Shown here one piece after another: positions 1 through 11,121 of a DNA stretch of 64,000 nt (position 1 is its first letter; each line of letters starts with the position of its first letter). The notes under the pieces are model-generated. The model saw nothing but the letters and a program-made list of their open reading frames with translations. It did not search any database and had not been told where the DNA came from. The DNA is from Candidatus Thorarchaeota archaeon (lineage in GTDB: Archaea; Asgardarchaeota; Thorarchaeia; Thorarchaeales; Thorarchaeaceae). The stretch is taken from assembly GCA_016933575.1 (NCBI GenBank), contig JAFGAR010000146.1, positions 32,001 through 96,000 of the forward strand. Reading direction: 5' to 3'. The position numbers and the translations under genes are program-made.

Positions 1-90
1 CCGAAGCTTGTCATCATCATTGACATATGCAAGATGCGCCGGGCATTCTGAGCAGACGATTCCACAATATGCTCTCATACTATCGGACAT
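1..90 (-). CDS. DUF3795-like Cys-rich protein (5' part only; runs off the window edge)
   Basis: Manual translation from ATG at 90 gives MSDSMRAYCGIVCSECPAHLAYVNDDDKLR, with a CGxxCxxCP motif; not in the ORF track. Confidence 0.7.
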   Translation of the reverse strand, partial: MSDSMRAYCGIVCSECPAHLAYVNDDDKLR

Positions 91-270
91 GAGAAAAGAA
101 GTAGTCACAATAGTATAAAAGATGAACAGATAGCCGAAACTAATTATCGAGATTACTCAAAGGGCTCTTGCATTAAACAATCTTTTTATCCGATTATGCG
201 TGAAATAGTATGCTGAGCATTGTTGGGTTTGCTCAGATAGTATTCTTTCACACCTATCGAGTTGATACAT

Positions 271-810
271 ATGGCTGAGAATGCAGAATGGGATAAAGCA
301 GTGAATTTCAAAGATTTCCTGAAGAAAGCCCGTGAGAACGTAGAGATAATGAAGGCCCGATATACTGACCTTCAGTTAAATGAGACTGATCTGGAAACCC
401 TGAAAAGCATTCAGAATGACATCAAGATTCTTGTCATCGGAACAGACCGATGCACTGACACTGCTGGAAATCTACCAATTCTCGCAAAGATGGTTGATGC
501 CTCTTCAAAATTGGAATTGCGGTTACTTGATAGTGATGAGAATGTTGACTACCATATGAACTTCAAAGTCAACGGAAAGCGCAAGACTCCTGTTGTGCTA
601 TATTTGAACAAGGCTCTTGAAGAGATCTGTCGCTGGGTCGAGAGGCCAAATGCTATCTACAAGATCATCAACGAGGGAACTATACAGTCCATCGAGGATC
701 GAAAGGCAGAACTCAAGAAACTCTACAGTGATCCTGAGATTCAACGCCAGAGTCTTGGAGAATTCCTGCGACTTGTCCTGCGAGCTGACTTCATTCTAGG
801 ACGAAAATGA
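271..810 (+). CDS. Thioredoxin-fold protein (Thioredoxin_9-like), single Cys
   Basis: ILVIGTDRCTDTAGNLP, NGKRKTPVV and RWVERP motifs; no CxxC. Confidence 0.75.
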   Translation: MAENAEWDKAVNFKDFLKKARENVEIMKARYTDLQLNETDLETLKSIQNDIKILVIGTDRCTDTAGNLPILAKMVDASSKLELRLLDSDENVDYHMNFKVNGKRKTPVVLYLNKALEEICRWVERPNAIYKIINEGTIQSIEDRKAELKKLYSDPEIQRQSLGEFLRLVLRADFILGRK

Positions 811-811
811 T

Positions 812-1468
812 ATGACTCATCATCTGGGAAAAGCCAATTGGAATGATGAGGAACGAATTAATGGGCTCATCAGGTCTTATTCTACAAGATACGATAACCT
901 ATTTTGGAAGACCTTTATCCCCCTCGTAGGTCCAGAGCCTCGGAAAGCCATAGCGGACTTTGGTTGTGGTCCAGGTCTCTTCCTTGTGGACGCCGCTGAG
1001 AAGTTCTCTGCTCAGGTTCTGATTGGACTTGATGAGAGTCAAGAGATGCTCGACCACGCAGAGCAGTTCATCCAAGAACGAACCTCTGTTGAATCCTATG
1101 AATTGAAGACCATTAATTTCGACGTGACTCGTATTCCTTTGCAACCGGACTCAGTCGATCTCGCCTTTTCAGGTTACATGCTTCACGAGGTCTCGGACCC
1201 ACAGGATTTTGTCAAACAGATTGGCAGAATCGTAAGAAGAGGCGGGGTGTATGTTGTCTATGACTTTGTATCTGGAAATGAAGCAGTATTTGTCCAAAAG
1301 ATGATTGAACGTGACATGTCAGAAGAACAGGCACGAAAACGCTATCCCCATATGTGCAAACACTCGATTGATGATATCATCTCTCTGATGAGAGATGCAG
1401 GGCTGAAAGAAGTAAAAGGCAGAGCCGTTAATGATATACGTGCAGTTGTAGTTGGGCATATGAAGTAG
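812..1468 (+). CDS. Class I SAM-dependent methyltransferase
   Basis: IADFGCGPG motif I, GLDES, YMLHEV. Confidence 0.9.
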   Translation: MTHHLGKANWNDEERINGLIRSYSTRYDNLFWKTFIPLVGPEPRKAIADFGCGPGLFLVDAAEKFSAQVLIGLDESQEMLDHAEQFIQERTSVESYELKTINFDVTRIPLQPDSVDLAFSGYMLHEVSDPQDFVKQIGRIVRRGGVYVVYDFVSGNEAVFVQKMIERDMSEEQARKRYPHMCKHSIDDIISLMRDAGLKEVKGRAVNDIRAVVVGHMK

Positions 1469-1504
1469 CCTGACATTTAGTAATTGAAGGAAATTGTGTA
1501 CAGC

Positions 1505-1705
1505 ATGTCTTCGAACAGACGAAAGTCACCATGGGCCTATAATGAACCTGAATTGCAGTGTCCGAATTGCAAGAGTACGAGGATCAATCGTGTAGTGAAT
1601 ATTTGGGCAATGCGTCAAGGAATCCAGATGTTCAAGTGTGCTGTCTGTGGTAAGAAATTCTATGATCGAGATGTTGATGATTATCAACCAACTTTCGAGA
1701 GGTAG
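1505..1705 (+). CDS. Small C4 zinc-ribbon protein
   Basis: CPNC...CAVC; packed between the methyltransferase and priL on the same strand. Confidence 0.7.
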   Translation: MSSNRRKSPWAYNEPELQCPNCKSTRINRVVNIWAMRQGIQMFKCAVCGKKFYDRDVDDYQPTFER

Positions 1706-1717
1706 CAACTGAATGGA

Positions 1718-2869
1718 GTGAGCGATATGTCAAGTAATCTCCAGCAGCTGAAGTATCCCTTTTCTGTCTCTGCTCGACAAGCCTCTACACGACTTGCAAG
1801 AGACCTCGGGGCACTTGTAAAACTCCTCGAGCATCCAGACAATCACTATATCATCGAAGAGGCTGAACGGAGAGTCTACGCAGCAATCACTCAATCCGAG
1901 ATCTCCTTCTCAGATATGCGAGACGAAAAGGAAGTCCTAGTATATCCAACTGCTAGAGTCATTGTTGAGGAGATAGGCAATGCAAAGCTCAGAGCCCTCC
2001 AGGCTGAAGCTGAATCTAAGGCTGTGAATAGACTGCTTGGAGATGAAGAGAGTGATTTTGTCGAAGACCTCGCTACGAGTTCCTTTGGTTGGAAGGTCGA
2101 GTCGTTGGGCGACCTCCACAAACGTGCCAAGATGGAGCTTGCCTTGCGCTCTTTTGAGTTTCGAATACGCTTTGAGAATTTCCTAGAGGTTGCTCCCGAC
2201 TTTCATGCTGACGAGTGGAAACTTATCAATCGATATGTTGACAGGGGTTGGGTACTGATTCGAAGAAAAGAACTAAACAGGTTAATCTCTGGCAGGTTTA
2301 GACAGATCATTGTGTTTGGCCAGTTAGACATCCCCAAACTCTCACGAAGATTGACCGAGGCGGTGCACCGGGTCGAAGAAGAGGTGAAGGGAAAAATCCG
2401 TCAATATGAGCCTGTGAAAATCACTGGTCAGATCACTTCTGCCTTTCCGCCATGTATACAAGAGATGTATGACAAGTCAATCAGTGGAACTGGCAATCTC
2501 TCACATGATGCTCGATTTGCACTTGCAGCATTCCTCCTTCGAATAGGGATGAGTGAAGATGAGGTGAACAAAGTGTTCGGTCACTCACCTGATAGGGACA
2601 CCCGGTTAATCGAATATCAGGTAGGCCATATATCATCAAAACGGTCGATAAGTTCCGAGAGTCCGGGGTATACCCCAACTGGGTGCAAAAAGCTTCAGAC
2701 TAATAATCTCTGTCCTGTCTATCTTGGTCTGACCTTTGACCCACTATGTGAATATGTTCTGAATCCACTTGCATTCTATAGTACCCGTGCCTGGGAATTG
2801 TCACGAACTCCTCCAATCACCAATCACTCTTGGTATTCAAAGTCAAAGGACAAGAAACAGTCATTCTAA
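1718..2869 (+). CDS. priL: DNA primase large subunit
   Basis: KYPF, WKLINRYVDRGWV, FPPCI, LSHDARFALAAFL, YQVGHI and C-terminal Fe-S cysteines. Confidence 0.93.
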   Translation: MSDMSSNLQQLKYPFSVSARQASTRLARDLGALVKLLEHPDNHYIIEEAERRVYAAITQSEISFSDMRDEKEVLVYPTARVIVEEIGNAKLRALQAEAESKAVNRLLGDEESDFVEDLATSSFGWKVESLGDLHKRAKMELALRSFEFRIRFENFLEVAPDFHADEWKLINRYVDRGWVLIRRKELNRLISGRFRQIIVFGQLDIPKLSRRLTEAVHRVEEEVKGKIRQYEPVKITGQITSAFPPCIQEMYDKSISGTGNLSHDARFALAAFLLRIGMSEDEVNKVFGHSPDRDTRLIEYQVGHISSKRSISSESPGYTPTGCKKLQTNNLCPVYLGLTFDPLCEYVLNPLAFYSTRAWELSRTPPITNHSWYSKSKDKKQSF

Positions 2870-3714
2870 CATGTTGGCCCCTTTCCTCGAGACCTGGCGT
2901 AATAGTAGAGATATTGTTGTGCATAGCCACCATATCTACCAAAATAGCTCCGCGCAGCTACTGATTTTTTAGTGTAGGATTTTCCTGATTCTGTGAAGAC
3001 ATCATAGTGCTCCTGAATCGTTCTCTCAATCCACACATCGATAGGGAATGCCTCCAAGAAACCAAGAGAGAAGAGGCATACACAATCAGCCACCTTATCT
3101 CCCACACCACTTAGGGTCTTGAGAGAGTCATGAGCCTCCAAGTATGTCATATCTCCAAGTGCCTCCTCTGTGATATCCCCCCTTGCAATGACATCTGCTG
3201 AATGTTTCAGATACTTTGCTCTATATCCAAGCCCAAGTCCCTCCAGACCTTTGAGACTCATCCCTGCAAGTCTCTCGGGAGCAGGTAGACCATGAAACAT
3301 CTTTCCCCTGAATTCATACACGGGACCTAGTTCAGATCTAATATTCCTCATCATCATCTGAATTGCTGGGATATTCTTACAGGTCGAACATATGAACGAA
3401 ACAAGACATGAGAAGAATGGGTCCCTTACTATTCTGAGGTCTGGTGCAAATTCTATGCTCTGTTTCATCAGACCATCCCGCAATATCTCACTTTGAATCT
3501 CATCGAGCGGATCATCAAGACGGAACAGCCTATTCAGAGAGACCTTCTCGGAAGATGAAGTTTCATAGTATAGTCTATCACCTTTCTGTTCGACATAGAT
3601 GACCTGGCCCATATCTGCATTGACATACCCTTCTCCCTCACGAATCCAAGTAAATGTCTGACCGCACTCAAGGGTGTCAAAGAGGCTGAAACGTTTGGCA
3701 CTAATACTTCTCAT
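2866..3714 (-). CDS. ogg: 8-oxoguanine DNA glycosylase/AP lyase (Ogg1-type, HhH-GPD)
   Basis: TLECGQTF, GLGYRAKY, LSGVGDKVADCV, FPIDVWI, GYAQQYLY; start taken at the internal Met. Confidence 0.9.
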   Translation of the reverse strand: MRSISAKRFSLFDTLECGQTFTWIREGEGYVNADMGQVIYVEQKGDRLYYETSSSEKVSLNRLFRLDDPLDEIQSEILRDGLMKQSIEFAPDLRIVRDPFFSCLVSFICSTCKNIPAIQMMMRNIRSELGPVYEFRGKMFHGLPAPERLAGMSLKGLEGLGLGYRAKYLKHSADVIARGDITEEALGDMTYLEAHDSLKTLSGVGDKVADCVCLFSLGFLEAFPIDVWIERTIQEHYDVFTESGKSYTKKSVAARSYFGRYGGYAQQYLYYYARSRGKGPTC

Positions 3715-3888
3715 TGAGAGGACGCACATCATAATCCAAAATGAGTATTGTCCTATAGCTCTTTCAACGAGCTTTGACAAGGCTAATAACAACAGTATTC
3801 TTTCATCAAATGCGGCTGTGATGAACTCCTTAACGAGAGATTGTGAACAAATGATCGACCTTAGGGGTATCTGAGCCGCAACTTCTTT

Positions 3889-4386
3889 TCAGATACTTAG
3901 CTGCTGAAGATTGATTGCATCTCGTTTGATTATCTTCACAATACCATCAATATCTGTTGACTTGAGGACTGGAGGTGTTTCATCCTTGTCTACACTCTTC
4001 TCAAACCAGCTGATGATGGCCTTAATGGACTCGTTGAGGTCTTCGGGAGTGATCTTTGATCCACCAACGCACCAGACCTTCGGAATTTCGCTTTCCTTCA
4101 TTCCCTCTATGATTAGAAAATCTGCATCTGTCCTTCTGACAAGGGCTGAGATCTTCTTCCGAGCACGATGATGCACTACAGAACTATTCGGCCCAAGAAG
4201 TATGGTGATCTTTGCTCCTGCTTGAACATGTCGGTAAGAATCAGTGCCTTCTTGGTCTTCGTAATCATGTTTGGAACTCTTGGCAGTGGCAATGGTAAAG
4301 CCCTCATCACTCAACCTCGTTACAATTGATTCCACTAAGGTTGTCTTTCCGGTTCCTGAATATCCTGACACTGCAAATACGCGCAT
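3889..4386 (-). CDS. mobB: Molybdopterin-guanine dinucleotide biosynthesis protein B
   Basis: GYSGTGKTT Walker A, DQEGTDSYRH, LIIEGMK. Confidence 0.85.
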   Translation of the reverse strand: MRVFAVSGYSGTGKTTLVESIVTRLSDEGFTIATAKSSKHDYEDQEGTDSYRHVQAGAKITILLGPNSSVVHHRARKKISALVRRTDADFLIIEGMKESEIPKVWCVGGSKITPEDLNESIKAIISWFEKSVDKDETPPVLKSTDIDGIVKIIKRDAINLQQLSI

Positions 4387-4506
4387 GATACCTCTTATGA
4401 TAACAACTGTGCCATAAGGTCATTTCGTTATCGAATCTTGAAAGAATGCTCAAAGCAGTTCCCTTAAAACGGAGTCTTTATCCTTCGAGAAACTGGTGAA
4501 TCACCA

Positions 4507-5283
4507 TTGGCCGCCGAGAAGCAAGCCGCAGTGACCTGCATAGATGTCAGAAGAGATTTCCAAGATGGCTCCCGCGTTATCAAGGTACTTCAGGGTACCA
4601 ATCTCACAGTTTATCGTGGTGAGTTTGTAGCTATTGTTGGAGCGAGCGGATCTGGAAAGACAACCCTCCTGAACCTGATTGGAGGACTCGATACACCCAC
4701 ATCGGGAACCATCCTCATTGATGGAGATGACATCACAAAACTTGATGATGATGAAATGTCTGAAGTGCGGCGTCACAAGATTGGCGTCCTCTTCCAAGAC
4801 CAACACCTGCTACCCATCTTTACGGCACTAGAGAATGTAGAGGTTCCCATGCTTCTTGATAACATCCCTGCAAAGGAACGTGAAGAACGTGCCATGAAAC
4901 TCTTGGACACTGTCCTTGTCAGTCATCGAGCACAACATATGCCTCACGAGCTCTCTGGCGGAATGCGTTCTCGTGTGGCTCTTGCTCGAGCCCTCGCTAA
5001 TGATCCAGCTGTGCTTCTCTGCGACGAGCCTACAGGCGATCTCGACCATAAGAGCGGTGGGGAGATCATCCAGTTAATGAGCGACCTTGCGAAGAAACAG
5101 AATCGCGCAGTCATTGCAGCAACACATGACCCTGAGACTGCGAGAATGGCTGATAGAATTCTCCTACTTCGCGATGGTGTTCTTGTTGATGAACTTGTTA
5201 GTGACTTCTTCAAGACAAGCGGTATAGACGTGAGGACTAGAAGAGAATCTCGAAAGAAAGTCGAGGAAGAGACCTCTGTCTAG
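4507..5283 (+). CDS. ABC transporter ATP-binding protein (LolD/MacB family)
   Basis: GASGSGKTT, LSGG, LCDEPTGDLD, ATHD. Confidence 0.95.
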   Translation: MAAEKQAAVTCIDVRRDFQDGSRVIKVLQGTNLTVYRGEFVAIVGASGSGKTTLLNLIGGLDTPTSGTILIDGDDITKLDDDEMSEVRRHKIGVLFQDQHLLPIFTALENVEVPMLLDNIPAKEREERAMKLLDTVLVSHRAQHMPHELSGGMRSRVALARALANDPAVLLCDEPTGDLDHKSGGEIIQLMSDLAKKQNRAVIAATHDPETARMADRILLLRDGVLVDELVSDFFKTSGIDVRTRRESRKKVEEETSV

Positions 5284-5285
5284 GA

Positions 5286-8186
5286 GTGATTGGATTGGTG
5301 GCTGCGAGATCGAAGAAGACTAGGACTCTCAAATCCAATGGGAACAAAGGATACGGATTGTCATATGCATTGAGCACAATTCGTGCCAATCCCTTCAGAG
5401 CGATCAGTCTAGCCCTAACGCTGAGTCTTGGTATCAGTCTCTTTGCATCAACAATGGTGTGGGGTGATACCGGGGTCTATGTGAGTATCTATGAACACCT
5501 TGAACAGAATCCGTTCCAGGTGGCGATCTCTACTTCTGCTGGCGATTTAGGCGAGCTTGCCCTTGCAGAGTCATATCTGCAGAGTAGTCCTTTCATTGAG
5601 AGCACATACCGTTTGAATTCAACAATTGGACTGGTATGGGGCACTGAACTACCTGATTCAAAAGTGTATGATATTGGTGGGTATGTCTATAGTGATGGAA
5701 TGAAGGACTGTCAGGTCTTCTTTATTGATAATGAATTTCTGAATCTGACCTATAATGAGTTCTGGCATCAAGGTGCATCGCAACTCCAAACAGGGGAGAT
5801 ACTTGTCACATCTCTCTTCATTCATAATGTCAGATCTGTCTTCAATCTGACACTAGAGATTGGTGATATTATCGACATTGAGCTTCTTACGGGAGAAGCA
5901 GCTGTCGCACCAATTGGCGACCTTGGTCGTCTAAGCCTGACTGACCTTCGTATTGTTGGTACCTATGATCCTGTCAAGATTGGCGGATTAATGGAGCTAG
6001 CTCTTCCCACCGTACGAAGAGAACACTGGAATCAGACAAATATTCGGTACCCAGTCCTTGGCTTACGCGACAGTGTCATGATATTGAAGGATTCCATCCC
6101 GCCTGATTCTCTTTCAGAGAATGGGTTCTTTGAACCTGTGGTCTTTGGCAGAGTGTCTTCGTCTGTCCTTGCTGCTAATGGACCTGAGAATGTAGCAAGT
6201 AACCTGTTTGGTCTGATGTACCGTACTGAAGAACTCTATGAGATCGAATGGTTAGGAACCAATGATATCAATGACATGCAGGATTCAATCAATACATATG
6301 TATCTACACTATCACTATCTGTTCTTGCACTCCCAGTCATCCTCCTCGCACTCTTCTTCTCAGTATTTGCAGCTGATGCTTTCATGGCCCCTCGTACAGT
6401 GGAAGTCGGTATTATCAGGTCCAAGGGTGCTAGCTATTCCCAGGTCTCTACAATCTTCCTCTGGGAGACCTTACTGATCTCTTCATTTGCAGTGCTCATG
6501 GGCGTGATCTTCAGTATCCTATTCGCTCCTCTGATCCCTGCTTCAACTAACTTCATGACATTCGACTGGAGTATCTACTTCTATTACATCTCTAAGACAG
6601 TCCTCACTTCCAATACTACGCTTCGTGCAATTACACTTACTGTTCTTCCGAGTATGCTTTTCATTCTCTATAGAGCACGACGAGCCGCCCAGACTGAGAT
6701 TGGTCTGACCTTAATGGAAGTGGAAGAGGAGACTACTGAACAGGCTGAGTCTCACGGATTCACTATTGGAGCCTCAATCGTTCTTCTTGGCATTGTGATA
6801 CTATTGATCTTCATTCTTCCCAAGACAACCATCTTCTTCTGGATGGAGCTCTCATTCGGTACTGCAGCGTGGTTCTTCATCGCCTATAATGGCTCTCGAC
6901 TCTCGCGGGTTGGGCTTGCTAAAGTATCTGAGAAACTCTCCTTCGTACTAGGCCAGAAGAATCTCATCTCTGCTGGGTATTTGAAGATGAGAAAGGGACG
7001 AATCATACCACTCATGGTCGTGCTGACATTGACAATGTCTTCAACAATTGCATTTGCGGTGCAATCAGAGAGTCTTAGGGTCGATTTGGGCAGGGAGATC
7101 AACTACTCTATAGGTGCAGATCTACGGATTGATTGCACAGCGCGAGAACTATCATATAATGATACTATAGGAGCGTATGATGGGATCGAGAGTGTGATGC
7201 CTGTCCTCAGAACCTGGGCAAAATTGGGACCTGAACAGCTCACAGTTGAAGCGATATACCCCTTGCAGTACACATCTATAGGACACTTCGATGAATCAAG
7301 TTTTCCTGATCGAGAACCTGAAGAGATTCTATCGGCACTTGCTGCAGTGAGTAATGGTATCATCATTAGTGATTTTCATGCAACCATCTGGAATAAGACC
7401 GTTGGGGACTCTCTGACCATGGAAATGAGCGGTGTTGGCACAAACCAATGGGTCGTGTTTGAAGTGGTTGGTGTGGTTCATAGTGCGCCTGGGTTTGGAT
7501 ATGCGACAGCTGCTGAAATTCCGTACTCATCACAAGGAACAGGATTTGGTTACCAAGCTGGCTACAACGGTTTTGTCTTGGCAAATATGGAGTTCATTCA
7601 ATCAAAGATCACGAATCATCAGACAAGCCTATTTCTTGCAAGCCTTGGGGATGATGCCAATCAGACTCAATTAATCGACGATCTCAGATTGCTCCCCGGA
7701 ATCTATCCCAATACGCCTGAGAGTTTTGATCTCAAATCCCACTCTCTGTATACTGCATTATTTCTCAATACTGTTGAGGGTCTGTTCTCAATAGGCTTTG
7801 TCATGTCACTGATCTTGAGCATCTTCGCATTATCTATCTCACTGGGATCTGTTGTGAGAGAGCGTAGAAAGGAGTATGCAGTAATCCGTGCAATAGGTGG
7901 GTCAAGGAGTCAAGTAGTGAGTATGGTCTTTTCTGAGTTCACAGGAGTGGTTCTTGCTTCACTTGCTCTTAGCCTGATTCTCGGTGCTGTCTTTGGATTT
8001 GTCATGCAATTTTTGCTCAATAATATGAGTCCGTTTTCCCGGGTCTTGGCAACAACAATATCATTTCCAATGCAATTTCTCTCAATAGTACTTCTCATTG
8101 AGATACTGACTATGATAATAGGGGCTTACTTACCAGCACGAGAGGCTGCAAGAACTGAGCCCGCTGTAGTATTAAGGAATATGTGA
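5286..8186 (+). CDS. Large FtsX/MacB-type ABC permease
   Basis: Two FtsX-like TM repeats (EVGIIRSKGAS; EYAVIRAIGGS) with large extracellular domains; ends PAVVLRNM. Confidence 0.9.
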   Translation: MIGLVAARSKKTRTLKSNGNKGYGLSYALSTIRANPFRAISLALTLSLGISLFASTMVWGDTGVYVSIYEHLEQNPFQVAISTSAGDLGELALAESYLQSSPFIESTYRLNSTIGLVWGTELPDSKVYDIGGYVYSDGMKDCQVFFIDNEFLNLTYNEFWHQGASQLQTGEILVTSLFIHNVRSVFNLTLEIGDIIDIELLTGEAAVAPIGDLGRLSLTDLRIVGTYDPVKIGGLMELALPTVRREHWNQTNIRYPVLGLRDSVMILKDSIPPDSLSENGFFEPVVFGRVSSSVLAANGPENVASNLFGLMYRTEELYEIEWLGTNDINDMQDSINTYVSTLSLSVLALPVILLALFFSVFAADAFMAPRTVEVGIIRSKGASYSQVSTIFLWETLLISSFAVLMGVIFSILFAPLIPASTNFMTFDWSIYFYYISKTVLTSNTTLRAITLTVLPSMLFILYRARRAAQTEIGLTLMEVEEETTEQAESHGFTIGASIVLLGIVILLIFILPKTTIFFWMELSFGTAAWFFIAYNGSRLSRVGLAKVSEKLSFVLGQKNLISAGYLKMRKGRIIPLMVVLTLTMSSTIAFAVQSESLRVDLGREINYSIGADLRIDCTARELSYNDTIGAYDGIESVMPVLRTWAKLGPEQLTVEAIYPLQYTSIGHFDESSFPDREPEEILSALAAVSNGIIISDFHATIWNKTVGDSLTMEMSGVGTNQWVVFEVVGVVHSAPGFGYATAAEIPYSSQGTGFGYQAGYNGFVLANMEFIQSKITNHQTSLFLASLGDDANQTQLIDDLRLLPGIYPNTPESFDLKSHSLYTALFLNTVEGLFSIGFVMSLILSIFALSISLGSVVRERRKEYAVIRAIGGSRSQVVSMVFSEFTGVVLASLALSLILGAVFGFVMQFLLNNMSPFSRVLATTISFPMQFLSIVLLIEILTMIIGAYLPAREAARTEPAVVLRNM

Positions 8187-8195
8187 GGTGAAAAA

Positions 8196-11111
8196 ATGGC
8201 CAAAAAGAAGAATACAAAGGACATCCTCAAGGGCAATCGTCTATGGTCTATTGGCTACGCACTCGTTTCACTGAAGCATAATCCCACACGAAATATTGGA
8301 ATTGCGCTTGTTTTAGCTATTAGCATAGCCCTCCCGACAACAGTCTTCTCCTGGACAAACACAGGCACAATTCTCGCAGTTGAAGATTACTTCAATAATA
8401 ATGCATACCAGTTCAGTGTTCAGAGTAGCCCTGGTGATATTGATTATACACACCTCTTTGATGCTCAGAACCTCATTATGGCTAGCCCTTTCACCAGATA
8501 CGCTCACGTTGTTCCAAGCACTGTAGGGCTTCTTAGAATCGATGGAACGACTCCAGAATGGGAAGTATACTATACAGGCTCTCTCAATTATGCCCTGGGA
8601 TTGAAGGATACAAGAGTCATTACTGTGACTCCTGAGATTCTCGATGTATGGTCCACTGAATTAGTATGGGAAGGCAACTTTTCACTCAATCCTGGAGAGA
8701 TTCTTGTATCCCAACGATTCATCGATACTGCATTACAAGTCACAGGTGGTTCGGTTGAGATTGGTCTAGGTTCAGAGATAGGCATAGACGTTCTCTGCAA
8801 TCGATACATACCTAGAAGTGGTCAACCATTTGACCCGCTCGAACTTGAACGTCAGATAGTGAGAAATCTCACGATAGTTGGTGTCTACCAGATTGTGCGT
8901 TCATCTATTGTCGGACAATCATTCCCCGAGATTTACAGAAGGAACTGGGATCCCATGGGAATGGCTGAGAGTGTTTTGGGAATTTCAGATTCTGTTCTGA
9001 TGCTACAGGATGAGCTCCCTGAGGATTCTATTGATACCATGATTAACAACGGTTTCTTCTCGCCGGTCTGCTTTGTGCGTGGTTCCTCTGATGGACTCAT
9101 CGCCGCTGGACCCTTTGCTGCTGCTTTCAATATGCAGTCCCTCAGTATCCAAGTAGAAGAGAGTGACCAGACACTAACCGTCGTGACACTGGGTTCAATC
9201 GAGAATCTTCAGACACATATCAACACGTATGCTGCAAGTCAGGTCTTGATTATCTTGGGACTCCCCATAATGATCATGAGCTTGATGTTGACCATATTCA
9301 CCTCTGAAACATCAGTTTCACAGAGGAAGGGTGAGATCAGTGCGTTACGATCAAAAGGAGCCTCATTCAACCAGATCTTCTCAGCATTCATCTGGGAGTC
9401 GTTAATTCTCTCCCTCTCAGGATTTATCATTGGATTGAGTTTTACGTTGCTGATGGCTCCTCTCATGGGGTCATCCACTGGTCTCCTATCAATTGACCCA
9501 ATCAAATACGAGCTGTTTGTGAGTAGGTTTGCTTTACCCGGAGAGGCAATAACCCTAGCCGCCATCATTGCTCTATTCCTACCAGCTGCATATCTATTCC
9601 ATGTTTCTAGAAGGATAGACATAACTGAAATCGGTCAACCAACAATACGCCAGACATATGAAGTCCCTGAAGAAGTTGGATTCACAGTCTATGCAGTCGG
9701 TCTTGCAGTCGTACTAGCAATTCTCGTACTTGTCCCATTACTCGTTGCTCCCAATGGGCAGAATGCCCTCTATGAAATCCTTCTCTCGACACTTCTATTG
9801 TTTGCATCAGCCTACCTCGGTTCACGAGCCATGCGACTCATCACCGCTGAAGCCTCTGAGAAAATCACGCGAATAATGGGTGAAAAACGACTGTACTTGA
9901 CACAGAGCTTACGCAGAAGGAAGGGACAATTCATCCCTCTCCTTGTTGTCCTTACCCTGACACTGACAACAACAACAATGATGCTTATTCAGACAGCAAG
10001 CTTTGAGAACACCCTCATAAACGAGGCAAACTACTCCCTTGGGTCAGATATACGAATTCAGACTCCTGAACAGGACTTTGACTGGATTGACAGTCTACCC
10101 TCCTCCACCTTGATTGATGGAGCAACACCTGTAATCGAAGCTCTTTCGCATGTGGGAACAGAAGGTTTCTATCTTGAGGGAATCGATGCTGCAGTGTATA
10201 GGGACATCGGGAATTTCAAGTCCACAAGTTTTGTTGGTGGGACTCCGGAGAGCATTCTAAGCGAACTTGATATCACCCCGAATGGGATCGTCATTAGTCA
10301 GTACTATGCATCGAGCTGGAATCTAACCATTGACATGACAGTCCCGATTGAAGTATTGACGGATTCAGGCAATGAGCTTGTCGTCTTTCAGGTCGTTGGC
10401 ATTATGCAGAGCGCTCCTGGATTTGGAATGGCCTCCACGCGTGACCTGTATGGCACTCCTTTTGGTTCATACTTCGACTTTCAGCCTGGCCTTGGTGGAT
10501 TTGCACTTGTGAATCTTGATTTTCTTAGAATTCGCACTGGCATTGAAACATCAGAGACCTTCTTTGTTGGCGTGTCATCTCTCTTAGATGTAGCTCCTAT
10601 GATCGATTATTTGGAGAGTCAAGTCTATACCGATGTGTATACTACAGATAACATTGAGTTCAGTCCCGACTCAGTTACTGGATTGTTCCTTGCAGGTCTT
10701 CAAGGACTTACAATGATTGGTTTCATTCTCTGTGCAGCTATGGGTATTGCATCAATTGCACTCTTCCTTGGGTCTGCTGTCATCGAGCGTGAACCTGAGT
10801 ATGCTCTCTTCCGTGCAATCGGAGGTACGAAAAAACAGGTCATTAGTCTGGTGTTTGGAGAATTTGCAGGCAGTGTACTCGCTGCAGTGCTCATCAGTCT
10901 TGTACTGGGAATCATATTCGGTTACACAGCAACATTATTGACCTTTGGTATTTCCACAGTGTGGCCAATCTTACCAAAGATATTGACATATCCACTCTTT
11001 GCAATGCTACTTACTGTTGCATTAGAGTGTGCAGTAATGATAATTGCGTGCTACTATCCAGCACGCCGAGCAGGAAACACCAATCCTGCAGAGGTACTAC
11101 GAAATATGTGA
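8196..11111 (+). CDS. Large FtsX/MacB-type ABC permease (paralog)
   Basis: Same architecture (EISALRSKGAS; EYALFRAIGG); ends PAEVLRNM. Confidence 0.9.
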   Translation: MAKKKNTKDILKGNRLWSIGYALVSLKHNPTRNIGIALVLAISIALPTTVFSWTNTGTILAVEDYFNNNAYQFSVQSSPGDIDYTHLFDAQNLIMASPFTRYAHVVPSTVGLLRIDGTTPEWEVYYTGSLNYALGLKDTRVITVTPEILDVWSTELVWEGNFSLNPGEILVSQRFIDTALQVTGGSVEIGLGSEIGIDVLCNRYIPRSGQPFDPLELERQIVRNLTIVGVYQIVRSSIVGQSFPEIYRRNWDPMGMAESVLGISDSVLMLQDELPEDSIDTMINNGFFSPVCFVRGSSDGLIAAGPFAAAFNMQSLSIQVEESDQTLTVVTLGSIENLQTHINTYAASQVLIILGLPIMIMSLMLTIFTSETSVSQRKGEISALRSKGASFNQIFSAFIWESLILSLSGFIIGLSFTLLMAPLMGSSTGLLSIDPIKYELFVSRFALPGEAITLAAIIALFLPAAYLFHVSRRIDITEIGQPTIRQTYEVPEEVGFTVYAVGLAVVLAILVLVPLLVAPNGQNALYEILLSTLLLFASAYLGSRAMRLITAEASEKITRIMGEKRLYLTQSLRRRKGQFIPLLVVLTLTLTTTTMMLIQTASFENTLINEANYSLGSDIRIQTPEQDFDWIDSLPSSTLIDGATPVIEALSHVGTEGFYLEGIDAAVYRDIGNFKSTSFVGGTPESILSELDITPNGIVISQYYASSWNLTIDMTVPIEVLTDSGNELVVFQVVGIMQSAPGFGMASTRDLYGTPFGSYFDFQPGLGGFALVNLDFLRIRTGIETSETFFVGVSSLLDVAPMIDYLESQVYTDVYTTDNIEFSPDSVTGLFLAGLQGLTMIGFILCAAMGIASIALFLGSAVIEREPEYALFRAIGGTKKQVISLVFGEFAGSVLAAVLISLVLGIIFGYTATLLTFGISTVWPILPKILTYPLFAMLLTVALECAVMIIACYYPARRAGNTNPAEVLRNM

Positions 11112-11121
11112 GGTAGTTAGA

